From Raillietiella orientalis (taxonomy: Eukaryota), in assembly GCA_036172245.1 (NCBI GenBank), contig JAYWIR010000017.1, positions 1 to 64,000 of the forward strand: a stretch of 64,000 nucleotides of DNA, in the 5' to 3' direction. Shown in pieces: positions 12,000 through 24,879 of this stretch (position 1 is its first letter; every line of letters starts with the position of its first letter). Below the pieces are notes generated by a model. It saw nothing but the letters and a program-made list of their open reading frames with translations, had not been told where the DNA came from and did no database searches. A program made the position numbers and the translations under genes.

Positions 12000-12900
12000 C
12001 AAGTTGCTGCGACGGCCTGAGGAGCATTCTTTGGAAACGCACCACGGCGGGTGACCTCCATTCAGCAGCGTCGCTGAGGAGCATCGCGTGGCTGGAATGG
12101 CGCTATGACCGATACCTTGTTTTCTCCCCTTTGCAGAGGTAGGAACGACAGGAATTGTCCTCGGACGTTCCAGGAAAGGACGTCACTCCGGTGGCGCCTC
12201 CAGCAATCCCAATGATGTGAACGGTCGTTTAGGAGATCCCCTTCTGGAAGCCTCGAAGGAAGAACGGTGTATCTTCTGAAACCTGCTGCTCCATACACCT
12301 TTCTTCTCCAGCGGCGAAAACCTCGAAAGAAACTTCGTGGATGTCTTTAGCAAACATTGGGCATCCGGAAGTCGTTGTAGCACGCAGGATAAAGTCCCCC
12401 CGACGTAGCGAAGTATCTCGGTCGGCTGTATTCCTTTGAATCGCGGTGGACACATTGGCCACTCAGTGAAGACTACCAATCAGCTGTCGAGCTGGACGGA
12501 AGCTGCTGCCAGTCCGCAAGGAGAGAGCCGCAGGACGGTAGGCCAGCTGACAGCCCTTGGCTCCGTTAATCGTTGTGCGCGCCGCTCGGAATCCAGCGAA
12601 CCAGCGGGTTGCACCTCCCGGGGGACACCTTCAACCATACATCGCGTGGACAGGAAGTTTCCAAGATACGTGGTCCTACCGGATCGTAGGACGACAAGCA
12701 GGAGCGATGGTGGACCAAGAATTGCATCCAAGGAAAATGCGGGAACGCGCGGGCAAAACCTCGCGCCCACGAGGGAAAATTAAAGAGGCGAGCGACCTGG
12801 AGCGAGCCACACAAAGGCTGCGGAAACCGAATGGCAGCCGTTCACGGCCATACCACTCTAAATGCGGCCCCTCGTCCGATCGACGAACTTAAGCAGAGTT
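12000..12900 (-). mobile_element. Highly degraded LINE ORF1 copy
   Basis: GC-rich. QVARLFNFPSWARGFARAF resembles QVGNLFDGRTARAFSKAL, and LRYVGG..C....PNVC resembles LWYVGK..C...CPNVQC. Confidence 0.5.
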
Positions 12901-13451
12901 AAGCCCGGTCATTACTAGGATGGGTCACCGCTTGGAAGCTCCGGGATTTCCGTGAGTCACTTCTATTCTGCCTTTTTGCAGCCACGCGCGCCTCCCAAGC
13001 AAGGTGAGTCGTAGATGAAAGTCGAAGAACATAAATTTCGTTCCAGCTTGCATCAGCAACCCCTCCGCTGTTTGTTTTCCCTTTTACCAATTATTTCTTA
13101 GTTGCCAACTGACAGATGAGGACGCCTGCGCCACTGCTGTGACGATGAGACTGGTTGTCGCGGAGGTGCCAGGCGAAAAACCACCTTACCAGCCGGCACT
13201 TTCCTGCGGCGACTGCTGAACGGAGGCGTGCGGACGTGATGTGGTTTCGCAATTGCTCTATGGACAGTCGTGGCTTAGTCTACTCGTCATAAAAAGAGAC
13301 TCCGCTTATTCGAAAGAAGATCCTCGAGGTCTTACTCCTTTCCAGAAGATCTCTTCGTAGTTGACTCCATATCCCGAAAAATACCAAAAATTAAGACTTA
13401 TGTGCATTGCATGTGTTAACTCGTACGCCGATGTAAAAGTTCACAAGATGA

Positions 13452-13498
13452 ATAAACGCATTAATTGAACAAAATGTTTGTTCAATTAATGCGTTTAT
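13452..13498. repeat. Perfect 22-bp inverted repeat with 3-nt loop
   Basis: ataaacgcattaattgaacaaa-atg-tttgttcaattaatgcgtttat. Confidence 0.95.
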
Positions 13499-15810
13499 GT
13501 TTTTGAGATTATTTGATGCATGTCGATGAGTGCTTAAGCAAGATTAATTCGAAGTGCATAAGTTCATTCAAATAAGTTAAGGAATTGCAGAAGTTTCGAA
13601 TCCAGAAGAATCAGAACGAATTATGAAGAATCAGTATTCTGCAGAAACACAAAAGAAGTTGATGAATCAAAAAGAAGGGAAAATCGAGCTGGCATTTCCG
13701 TTTGCCGCGATTTGCCTTGGTCAACAACTTTCTCTCAGTGCCGCAATTTCGCCCAGGCGATACACGAGCCTTTAGATTTGCAAGTTTACATGTTCCTTCC
13801 TTACAATCATTCTGTTGATCGATCGACATCTACATGGAAGATAAACACATGCATACATTTCTTACAATCTTGACTACATACTCTTTGATTCTATGGATGA
13901 AGAAATATCCATTTTAAAGCACTGTTGTATGTTAATCAGTTCATGGGCACATGTATCAGAATGGCATGTATACGTATATACATTTGACAAGAAATTAGGT
14001 CAGGAGCAAAAATATTTATTGATTGCGACCCTTGCCTGAATCTGCATGGAAATGTAGAAAACAAACGTTGAGATTTTATTAACAACATATATATAAAGAT
14101 AGAACAATGCCACCATCGCCATCGAGATTACCGCTAATTAACTCCGCTGCTAACTAATTATCCATACTTATGCGAGAATACACTGGTACATTAATCTACA
14201 TGGAAATACGTATACTCTGCAGAAGGATTTTCGTCCACTCGTCGTCATCTTTGTAAACAGCAGTACGCGAGCATCTGTTGGGATAAACAGAATGCGCGTG
14301 GGTGTGTTTATTTTGAACGTCTGTCGGCACTCAGACGGTCCTAGAAGTCCGTAAGCAGTGATCTCCGTCTTCTGCCTGGGGAATCCGCGCTTGAAACCTT
14401 CGCTTCCAGCTGCAGGGACGAGTGAGCGATTAGAAAAGGACACTGCGCAGTGCCCGGCGGTGCACTGGTACTTTTTTTCGGGCAATTCGAAGTGACAAAT
14501 TGGAGATAGCGAGCCTGCCGGTGACGCTTCCTGCCTTCCCTCCGAGACCTGCCTTCCTTCTTAGTCGTGCTACGCAGCTCGTTGGGGAATGAGTATCACT
14601 CTTCTCGTGGGCGCAAAAGTGTTCCAGCCGTGTATTTGTGGGAGGTCTCTCGCGGATGATAGTGAGAAGCGTGGGGTTGCAGTAGTTGTGATGGCGAGGC
14701 GTAGGGACGTCGCCAACGTTAGATGGCGCACCTGAGGAGCTGCCTGAAGCGGCGCCGGCCTCTCTGGGCTTTCCAGCTGCTCAATCGCGGCAAATGGAAA
14801 TCGCCGAAATGCGGAGGCAGACTGGCGATCTTTGAGAGGGAAAGTCGCCTGGAACGCTTTTTCGGCTTCCCTATGCTGAGCCCCTGGTGTGCAGCAAGTC
14901 CCTCCTTCATCCGCGGTCCGTAACGGCTGCGCAGAATTTTGCGGGAGTAGCTCTTCAGGACTGTTGCCAGAGTTCCCAGGGCGGGGTATCCTGAAGCGCG
15001 TGCGTGGACCTCGTGTGGGGGGGGAGTCACGTCATCTCGGAGCCTGGACCGCGTAGAGATGCACTGAAAGCAGGATAAGATACTAAATCTTATGCTAGAT
15101 ATATTGTGAGGCTGGTGTGAAATTGTACGTTTATTGATGATCTCTTTAATGACTTCGTTTGTGATATGTCCACTGGTAGCGATGGAGAACCCTTTAGCCC
15201 CAACACGCTTTCCTCAATACATTGTCTTTCGCTCTGGAAATTCTTAATAAACTTTGCTAGAAGACCTACCTTTAGCTCTTTTCACAGAACCAGTCACAGC
15301 AAGAGGAGGTGGTATTACTACGAATAAATGCAAAAGGTCGTATTATATGCCTCCGGTTCTATCTTCATTCCCATTTCTTCAGATACTCCGGCTAAACCTG
15401 ATCGTATTGTCTCTTTGACAGAAACGGTTTATGTTTTGTACTGATAATTACATGGAACATCTTTTCCCTCATCGCACTCCATCATAAGTATACGTTATAA
15501 AGCACAGTTATGACAATAACAAACTCAAATTGTTCATCCTGGATGCAACAGGTATCGATGGTTTGAGAATTGAGAAGTTTGATCAAACCTCAAGCAAGAA
15601 CCTCTATAACCTATGGAATAGATTGCCAATTAGCGCCTATTTTTTACTTGCAATAAAAGCTTTCGATATAATCAATGCATAAAGAGGAACAAGAGCAATC
15701 GGGATACCAACTGTCACTAACTGCAGAGCACGGAAAGTTTTGCGAAGTGCTTTCGAAACAGAACCAGAGAATGTGTTTGATGAGACAAATGATTATAGAT
15801 ACTGACTTTA

Positions 15811-15852
15811 TGATACTGACTTATTTTCTATAGGACAAATAAGTCAGTATCA
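15811..15852. repeat. Perfect 16-bp inverted repeat with 10-nt loop
   Basis: tgatactgacttattt-tctataggac-aaataagtcagtatca, preceded by a partial direct copy gatactgactt. Confidence 0.9.
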
Positions 15853-15989
15853 GATGCTATGAGAAAAAACAGAAAGTGAGGTTTGAAAATGTAGTCCACA
15901 ACCTACTGCTGAAAGCAGTCAAAACGCACAATGCTAACGAGTGGGTTTTCTTATACATATAAAGACGGTTAACTGCAGAAAAACAACTT

Positions 15990-17690
15990 AAAGATGGGCA
16001 AAAACAAGAGTGCTTCAAGCTGGTGTGGTGAGTCCTGTCCGAATGCACAGTGGCCAAAATATGCTGATGATGGTGCTATATCACAGCAAGTAATAAATAA
16101 GCCAGAATGGTTCATTGTTCAAGGTAATTTGAAATACAAAAATATTCGTGAGTTGTCCTTGGTTTTATCTACTGCTTATCTCTTTTTGCAATCAGCGGGC
16201 AGCCAAACTATAAAGTTTTGAATGAAGCCGATGGAGATGAACTTGATTCTGGATAAATTGGTGAATCTGCATAATCTAACTTGCAAGATATTGAATTGTT
16301 TTTCATAATGCCGAATATCACTGGCAGATGTTTATGATTTGTGTGGAGAGGCTTTTATGCTAGGGAGTCAAAAGGCATTTCAAATTTAGAGTTGCAAAGG
16401 TGAGACAACTTCCACGAGCAAGGTGTAACCCAACAGGTAGTGTGTTGCTTCGCCCAAGTGATCTTTTATATTTTGGTGGCGCTCATAGTCTTTGTTTTTG
16501 AAGTATGTTTTCTCCCATTGAAATGCTGATTGCAAGGAATTTGTGCAAAGAGCAGAATTTTGCTACAGCAAGACAAAGTTTGCAACATGTATTCCATTCT
16601 ACCAATGACAAACCACGGAAGGTTTTGACTTTCGAAGCATAATATTGATGATAATAGTGCTTCATCAACTTGGAGTGAAAGGAATACAGTGCAAGCATTT
16701 GATCTCTTAGCTTCATGTACTATTGAAAAACGGAAGACGACTTCATTTGAGATATACATCATCACCTTCCATATAGATAATTCTAGCTATGAGTGAGATT
16801 TACTCTTTGCTCATGAATCCAGGGAAGCATTTTAATAAGCTAAGATGCCAGAAACTGAGTGCCAGCAGCAGGTTCCCAGTCTGAAGTGTAATCTGATGGA
16901 GCTCATGAATTAACAAAATACAGTAATTACTACTGTAAAACTACAAATGGAAGTTTCATACGCCTTTAAGACAAGGTTCAAGATGATTTGTACAAAATAA
17001 GACATTGCATAGATATTACCAAAGCTCTAGCAAAGGAAAAGCTACCACAGTATTGCTTTAATTAGATCAGTTTTGCAATTTATTGCAACTGCTGAACAGT
17101 TAGTTGAAATTTTGATGCAGTCTTGCTCAGAGCTACTCGATGTTCCAGAAAAAGCAGGTGCCGAATCATCAACTATTGCTTACAACTAACACGAATCACG
17201 AAACAGTAATACAATTTCATTCCTTAAGGAAAAGACCATAGAAACCTCAAAGCAAAAAGATGATGAGCTAACTGCACGTTTCAGTAATGCTGAGGAACGC
17301 TGATCTTATTACGTGGATTCAGTTTATTCTCGTGAATTTTGTTTTTTCCTATTCATTTGTGATTTAATTTCTAGGTAATCGTTAACTGGCACCTTGTTTT
17401 TTGAAAACACGGATATTGGATATGACGCCAGGTCAATTGAAATAAGACTTGGAACTTCTGGTGTGTCAAGAGCTGCAGTAATAGCACATTAGTTAACCTT
17501 GATATTTAGTGATTCTAATGGGGATTTTTATACTAGTTTTTCTGCAGAAGCGTGAGTAGATTTTCTGATTACTCCAACAGATGCCATGAAAGAAGTTGCT
17601 CAATTAAGTGGCATCATAGGAAGTTATCAAAGACGTGCTGAAGATTGGGATCTACAGAAAAACTTAGTTTCTTCTGAAACGTGAAGCAGA
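15990..17690 (+). pseudogene. Bacterial Tc (ABC) toxin complex A-subunit (TcdA/TcA-like) pseudogene fragment
   Basis: Collinear TcA-like blocks: YFGGAHSLCF*SMFSPIEMLIARNLCKEQNFATARQSLQHVF (~16468; cf. DFSGANxLYFWELF..P.L+A..L..EQ.F..A..WL..+F), IDNSSYE*DLLFAHESREAFN (~16773), DKVQDDLYKIRHCIDI (~16970), LMQSCSELLDVPEKAGAE (~17110), GSYQRRAEDWDLQKN (~17620). Many stops, frameshifts and deletions; no introns. Confidence 0.8.
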
Positions 17691-20489
17691 TTAACCATAC
17701 AGTAGACGCAAAGAAAATCAATAACTTGATTGCTCAGCAGGAATTCAATGCACATCAAGAATCAATCAAGCAAAACTGGGAAGGGGAATTTGGGAAAAGT
17801 AAGTTTAGAAGTAAAGAGCTCTGACGGGATGAAAGGGCAAAGAGCTGTGATATTTCTAGGTGTACCATGTGCATTTGGAAATGGTAGAACAAAAAGAAAA
17901 ACCTTATCATTTGAGTTTAATGAAGATAGGGCCTTCGTAACAGAGATTTGGAATAGCTTGAAAGAAAGATAACTTGTGGGTCGTAGCCTGAAGTTCCCTC
18001 TAGAGCAAATGTTCATAAAGTATCTCGATAGCAATGTTTTTGCAAGAGGAAGGACAAAAACAAGTCTGTGGTCACGGAGGCCAAAGCTAATAAAGATAAC
18101 GGTGAAATTGAATTACCTCATAGCATTCGTATTCATCTAGATGAAGATCCAGATACAAGATCAGTAGAATGGGAATCTCATGGTTTTCAGTCAAATAGTC
18201 AAAGGATAATGGAGTTTAAAGTTAATGATTTAGCAATCGGCAAGATCGAAATCGTAGATATACCTGTGAAGAAAGCAGTTGCTACCACTCATGGCTCATA
18301 CTATGGACTTATTGATCGTATATCGGACTTCGCAATACTAGAAAATATTTAAACGAGGAGAAGTGATATTATTCATTAAACTAATGTAGATTAGAAACTG
18401 AACGCAGAAAACGTTGATTGGTGATTACGTCAGGAGGTGACAGTTAGGAAAAATCACATCTCTACCGAACTCGTGAGGGTCCTGAAGATGTGAATAAAGA
18501 AGGAGGTAAAGTAAGAAGAACGCTTTATAAGAGTATGCTTCTTACTGATGATACCTGGGAAATATCTTGCTATGATTCAGTTGTCAATTCATACTCTTCT
18601 TCCTCCATTACTTGCATTCTATCCTCTCTCCAGACTTCACAAGTGGCAACAAGAGGTTTCCTCAAATTAAAAACCATCAAGTCGTCGTGTTCATTCGGTA
18701 ATACAAAAAACGGCGTACCACATCCTACCTGGATACTACGCAGATGTGAAGGCGCTGTGCCAAGAAAAATGAGTTCTTCACCTTATCTGATTCAGCTCAG
18801 TGAGGAAATCACCCGTGCCACTTGGAAGGTGAATCTGTCTACTGGCCTACAGAGTTTGGAGCTTGGCAAGCCTGATTCGCTTTGGACATCAATGTTCTGC
18901 TCATTTCCATAGGAAACGATCGATAAACATTTGAAAGTGGACCGCTCGATTTACTACTCCGCTTTCCACTGGATATGAGGAAGCTACAAGTCGCCAAAGG
19001 TGTTGTCCAGGTAAACAGGTGTTTCTTTTGCTCTGAGCCAAAATTCACGATGGTGAAAAGCCGACTCTGAAAATTGAGCATTTCTCATCTCGCGGGAGAG
19101 TAGTGCTGTTTTTCCCGAAGAGAGCTGTATGCCAAACAAACAGTATGAATCGGAACAACTGCTTTGACGTGAAAAACCCCACCGAGAAAACATTTATTAA
19201 ATGTTCGTGTTTATTAACATAAACATTTATCTCATGCAGCTGAGCAAACAGTCTTCTGAATAGAAGATTGCAACATCCTACTCTCGCAGCGCGAACTGAA
19301 GAAAAACATAACGAGAAGGCTGAAAAAGATGCTCAGTGATTTTCACACAATCATCGAATAAACATTACTTTTTGATAATCCAAACACAAAACAGATGTTT
19401 CGAACATAGGCGTTTCGAACGCCTTTGTTTTTAAAGCTTCCCATGTATTCCGAATACTGATTCTCCCATTACTTGCTCTTGCACATGTGGGAATCTTGAA
19501 TGAATTGGACGATTAATGAGATCGCTCTACAGTACCGCGCACAGGACATAGACCAGAAGTGTATTTGCCCAAGTGCAACCTTCTTGGACTAGCTAACCAG
19601 TTTTGGCATCTCGTTCAAGCCCATCTAGTAAGCTACCAAACGAACGTTAACATATGACAGGGATTTCTTGCGATTTCCCGACGTATCCACTACTCAAAGT
19701 CTCAGAGAGCGCTTCGGTAGCCAGGTTTCTCGTTCATGATTTTGTCGTCTGTTGAATTACACTCCCGTAAACTCACATCTGGAAGACAAAGCAGCTCTCT
19801 GAAACGATCTGAGTACTTTTCCTTTGAGAGATCCAGTCAAACCATGGAAATCGTGCTTCCAAACGGACAGAAACCTCATCTGCAAAGCAGGATCCCCGTC
19901 CAGTAGAGAGAAACAAGGAGTGTCTTTGTGATGCTGCCGCAGATGTTCACAGAAGATGTTCCACAGAGTTCGAGAGCGAACCACCTGAAAATCACTTCTT
20001 CGGAATCAAACTAAGAATGCGCTTCTTAACAGACGAGAAGGAGTATCCAAGCGTGGGTGGTGGTATCCCCATTCCCTGATTAAAAATTAAACAATCAAAT
20101 GCAGTTTTCTGCACACTACAAACTGCACTTCTGCACGCCCCAAACCACAAGCAGAGGATGACCTGTGAAGGATTTTGCCGCCTTGCTTACAGTGCTTTCG
20201 CGTGTTCAGGGGAACAAATTTCCGAATCCGAATTTTCTTTCTTCAAGAATGACGTTTGCCTCACGTACCATATACGCCAGAAGTGGCGAGAGCACGATAT
20301 TTGAGAAAAACACGGACTGACTCAATGCAAGGGAAGCTTGCGAACAACGACAGAACGGACACTTTGCTTCCTCGAACTTCCATTACTTGACAAGCATGCA
20401 TGAATGATTCCAAGAGACAAGAACAGCGTTCCCATGACTGCAGCTGTCAAGCGTGCATGTGACAACTTGCATTTTTCGCGCTGCTATGA

Positions 20490-20838
20490 CCGTTCCTCTG
20501 TCGAATTCGTCTTTTCCAACTGCAACCTGGCAGCAGCGCCGCTTCGTCTTCGCTACGACGGGCGGCTGTGACGTCATAGTTTGACGTCACTTACGCCCGT
20601 CATAGTTTGAGTCGTTCATCGCGGCGACGAGGACTCCACATGCAGTCGGTGGCCAACTTACTCTCTTCCACGCCAGAGCTATTTTTCGGTTGCCAACTGT
20701 AGCTATTGCGTGTCCAGCTGTGGCAGTTTACTCTGTTGCTCGTTTACATCTTAAGATGAACATTAATGAGGAAAGGTTGCTGCGTGCAGAAACCCATCAA
20801 TCATCCCGAAGAGCTGCTTGAGGCTCAACAGTTTGTTT
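20490..20838 (+). repeat. ~310-350 bp repeat, copy 1 (inverted partner of 28814-29122)
   Basis: Aligns along its length to the reverse complement of 28814-29122 apart from two short insertions. Contains TGACGTCA at 20569 and 20582 and a short ORF start MQSVANLLS. Confidence 0.92.
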
Positions 20839-23800
20839 GTGCACGACGAAACGCAACCGACTGTTTTCCCGCATGCTGGTGGTTCGACACTTGCCTACCT
20901 GTCTAGAAGGAACCTCAACCTTACACTGACAAGGTGTGCTTAAAGTCTATTGAGGTTTTCGGTGGCATCACCTCAATACAATTCCAATATCTTTTTTCAT
21001 CACGTCGCTGTTGCTTCCTTTGTGTCCTTTTGCAGAACTAAAATCGTAGAGTATCGTCATCTTTGGAAGCAGACTGTTTCGCACATTCTGTCTCGAATTC
21101 GGTTTTTCTCCCTTCGTACAGCCATGGCTGGGCGAAAGATGGTAACACAGAAGGAATAACAGACTAAAATTTCATACCAAGCCTCCCTGAATCATAATGG
21201 AAAGAGACAGCGAGAACTCAGCAGAAAAGAAGTTTTCATCCTCTGGGTGCTTCTGTTTTTTTTGTACGTAAAATAAGATGCTGCATCATTCAAGACACGT
21301 GATTCACAAACTTTTGTTTTCAGACAGATGCATCCTTCGCGTCTTTGCCTCGAGACGGCCACTTATGGAACGGTGAGACTCATTCGTCTTTTTTACTCTG
21401 TAAGTGGACTGCGTGTAACAGATTTCAGTGATGACGTGGTGATTCTTTTCATTTCTACTGACATCTCGTTTCCAGATCTTTAAAAAAACAAGAAATCAGT
21501 GGCAGTGTGATTAAGAAAATGAATGTTAAACGTGCAGTCTTCTGCAGTCATTAATTTTTTGTCTCTATTTATGATGAACATACACCATTTTTTTCGAACT
21601 CGTTTTCCAATTAGCCCTGAGTAAGCAAAAAATGCTATTTCCTCATTTATTTTCTCACTTACTGCCATTCTCAAACACTTATTCTCAATTCCTTGCTTGG
21701 CGCGGCTCTCAATTTGCTGTGGTTTCCGCATTCACTGCATGCAGAAGTGAGGAGCAGCAAAACAAATGGGACGTCTCATTCGAAATTGATAAGAACTCAT
21801 GTTGTCGAAGGAAGGGTATTAAATACGGGATACTCTGATAGGGATATCAACATTCCTGGAAGAAATTTGATGGCTCTTTCCAATCACATTTTCACATCAC
21901 TCGGCTGCAGCAGTACGGATGTGACCCTCAGTTCCATGCAGCATCTTGCGAAACTCGTGTGGGTCTGACTAGAATGCTCCAGAGGAGAGATCCTGTACGT
22001 ACATTCAGCAAGAAGTGTATGCTTCAGAGAATGTGCGTCAGACATTTCTGATGCAAAAAAAAAGCTACAGCAAACCATGAATTCCATCAGATACAAAACT
22101 ATCGTGTTGCATCCCACTCTGGGAAAGCGTCCCCAACTCAAATTCACAGTTACAAAAATGCGCATCGTGTCCTATGAGATTATCTTCGCGAAGCTGCTAC
22201 TTATTAAAGCAGCTCGAACGTAACACGGATTGAACTCTCTCAAGTTTTAAAGCGCTTCTTACTAGTGAACGAACAGCCTGCGCTCTGCATCGAAACCTGT
22301 CCTAGAGGAAATCTCAGCTTCAAAAGCTCACTCGCTGAATCCTGTGACCATTCCTGCAGTCAGAAATCAGTAATCGTGACGACCTTGAAATTTGTCGCAC
22401 AGCATTTCAGTCTATCAGGCTGTAATCCGTCATTTTGTAGTGAACGTAATGGTTGTTAAGGCCACTTGTCTCTTCCGGTGTGATGATGGCTCTTAGATGC
22501 AGATTCATAGCATTAAGTTGGCTCAAAATCCACCGAGGTTTCCTTCAGACATTTCATTCACAGCAGTTCAAAGTTACTCAGAAAAGTATGACTGAAGGCG
22601 TTGCCCAGGGCGCTGATTTGCCTGCGGATGGAACTTTGCGCACGACATTGGGCAAGACAAAAATGATGCCGATCATGATTTGCACAGTCGTCAGGAGAAA
22701 CAGGAGATCTTTATCCACTCTTGAGATCTCTTTCCTTGAAATCGAATTCCTCTATTACTAATTATTAATCTAATTCCTCTAGGAAGTAGGTTCATTACCT
22801 GATTTGTTTAAAGGGCGCTTTGAAGCTTGCATATAGAGAAGAAGACCATCAATTCTGTTTCTAGGTCCAAATTCCATTTCTCTTTAACACGGCAGTAGCG
22901 TGAGTGCCAGAAGTTGGTTAAGCAAATGAACGTTTTCCACACAAACCATTCACATCGTTGCAATTTGTTTTCAAACTAATTTAATGAGTTTCTCCTGAAA
23001 GGCGATGCCGACTTGCGTGGGATTCTCAAGCATGCCAACTGCCGATACATTTTTTTCTACATGAAGTCTGTGAATTCTCTGACACGAAATATTTGGATTA
23101 TGTGCACGCACCGTGCGAAAGAGGCTGCTGTCAGCTGGAGAAAAAATTTTCTGAGCTAGCGACGCAAAGGATGCCTTGCGTTTCCTTCCTAGCACGCAAA
23201 ATTGTCTTCCAATGCAAGAAAGGTGCCTTCAAATCTCTTTTCTTCTTAATTGATGTCGCGGGCGTGATTTCCTTGTTTCGGAAATAGTTTCACTTTGGCA
23301 GCTGTGTTGATCTTTCTCATCCATATCCATGGGTACGTGGTTTGCATAGTTGGGACATCTTCCATCATATGTAATAGGAAATGAAAAGAAAACAGCATTT
23401 TCCTCGTTGCAAGTATATGCAAAAATTTCATTCTGGCCTCGGAACACTTTTTCAGATGGCTCATAATCTCAACACGTAGCTGAAGATTGCATGTGGAACC
23501 TCCATGATTCGCATGTTCCGTTTGAAAATACGGACAGAAATTTTGACATTGAAGGAGCCACGAATGCTGGGGCATTCAGATGGAAATGCTTTTATTATGC
23601 TGCACTATTCGGTATGTTTCATATCTTTTGTGAATCGATCGCATAGTTCAACCAGCGAAACGTTGCGCTCCTAAGAGAATCTTCCGTGTCGATGGAGTGT
23701 CTCAAAAGTCCAAGCATTTCCCAAAGAGAATGTGTTGGAACCTCTGCTTGAACACGCCGAAGTCTGAGAACAAAATGAATGCGACGTTGAACGACGATTG

Positions 23801-23925
23801 AAATCCTTTGCTTCGAGGCGATGTTGGCGTCGATGGACATCGCCCCAGAGCGATCGTTGCACTGCTATTGGGCCGACCTCAGCGCAAACCTGAAACGTGG
23901 GTCACTCGGAAGCATAATGTTGGAA

Positions 23926-24207
23926 TTCACTTCAGTGCATCTTCGGTTTTGAATTTCGAGAATTCCAGGATGGCATCAAGAGATCCTGCCCATAGGCAAG
24001 GAATGAAGAGTAAAAGTTTCGAAACCCTTGTTGCTTCACAATTACCAAAATTTTACCAATTTTACCAAAAATTACCGTAATTGCAGACCTTTGTGGCTCA
24101 ACAAGGCTTCGAAACCTTCATTTCTGTGATCCTTGCCCATGGATTGGATCTTTTGATGCAATTCTGGAAATATCGAAATTAAAAACTGAAGATGGACCGA
24201 CAGTGAA
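23926..24207. repeat. Imperfect inverted repeat, ~116-bp arms (23926-24041 / 24091-24207) around an AT-rich filler
   Basis: Arms align as reverse complements with scattered mismatches. They encode PCLWAGSLDAILEFSKFKTEDA (-) and PCPWIGSFDAILEISKLKTEDG (+). Confidence 0.85.
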
Positions 24208-24879
24208 ATCTAGTGAAGATGATTTCGCAATCACTGTTTCATTCACAATGATTGTCAATCTGCAAAACTATAAAGGTATTGAGGTTAAAATCAAACTTAT
24301 CTGGCAGGGAAGTTTCGGGGATGGTGGAGAGCGTATTTTTCACAGTTGTTTCCCCAACCAATCCTCATGGAGAAAATGACCTTTTCATTACAGAGTTTCG
24401 ATTCTTTGGTGCATGCGTGCCTAATTCCCCTCTGCAGTATCGCAAAATAGAAAGTGATTTCAGTTATCCCATTAGATCCTTAGTTAGATTTTGGATTTTC
24501 TGTTTCTGTAATTGCAGCTGCATGCTAGTAAATAGTGTTGGGATTGAAACTCCCTTTTGTGTTTACTTGGTGAGTTCATTCATGGATTCTGTCGGTCTTC
24601 TAGAATAAAAGGATCATGGAAACTCATGATACTTCTGTTCCGCCTAATTGCTATTTGTTGAGAGCTGTTATGAATGGGAAAATGATTCTTCAAGATATCA
24701 AATATACTTTGGAAGGTGTTGGAATACAGGAAAATGAATGGTTATGTAGAGAAGTAGAATATGCGGCAACATTTCTGTAAAAGATGGGGAATTGTGAGTT
24801 GGCATTTCACATAGTTTCATTTCTCATAAGTTGGTTAATTTGCTATTGACTGGAACTTTTGGATACATGCAGAAACAGT

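Noticed and set aside
13231..13240. CGGACGTG on + strand as another LINE 5' motif
   Set aside because: Lacks the TTTCC continuation, has no Inr at -27, and is opposite to the adjacent ORF1.
14168..15050. GC-rich block as another LINE ORF1
   Set aside because: Only weak similarity (CNPTLL, RRFQARI) and no CCHC; left uncalled.
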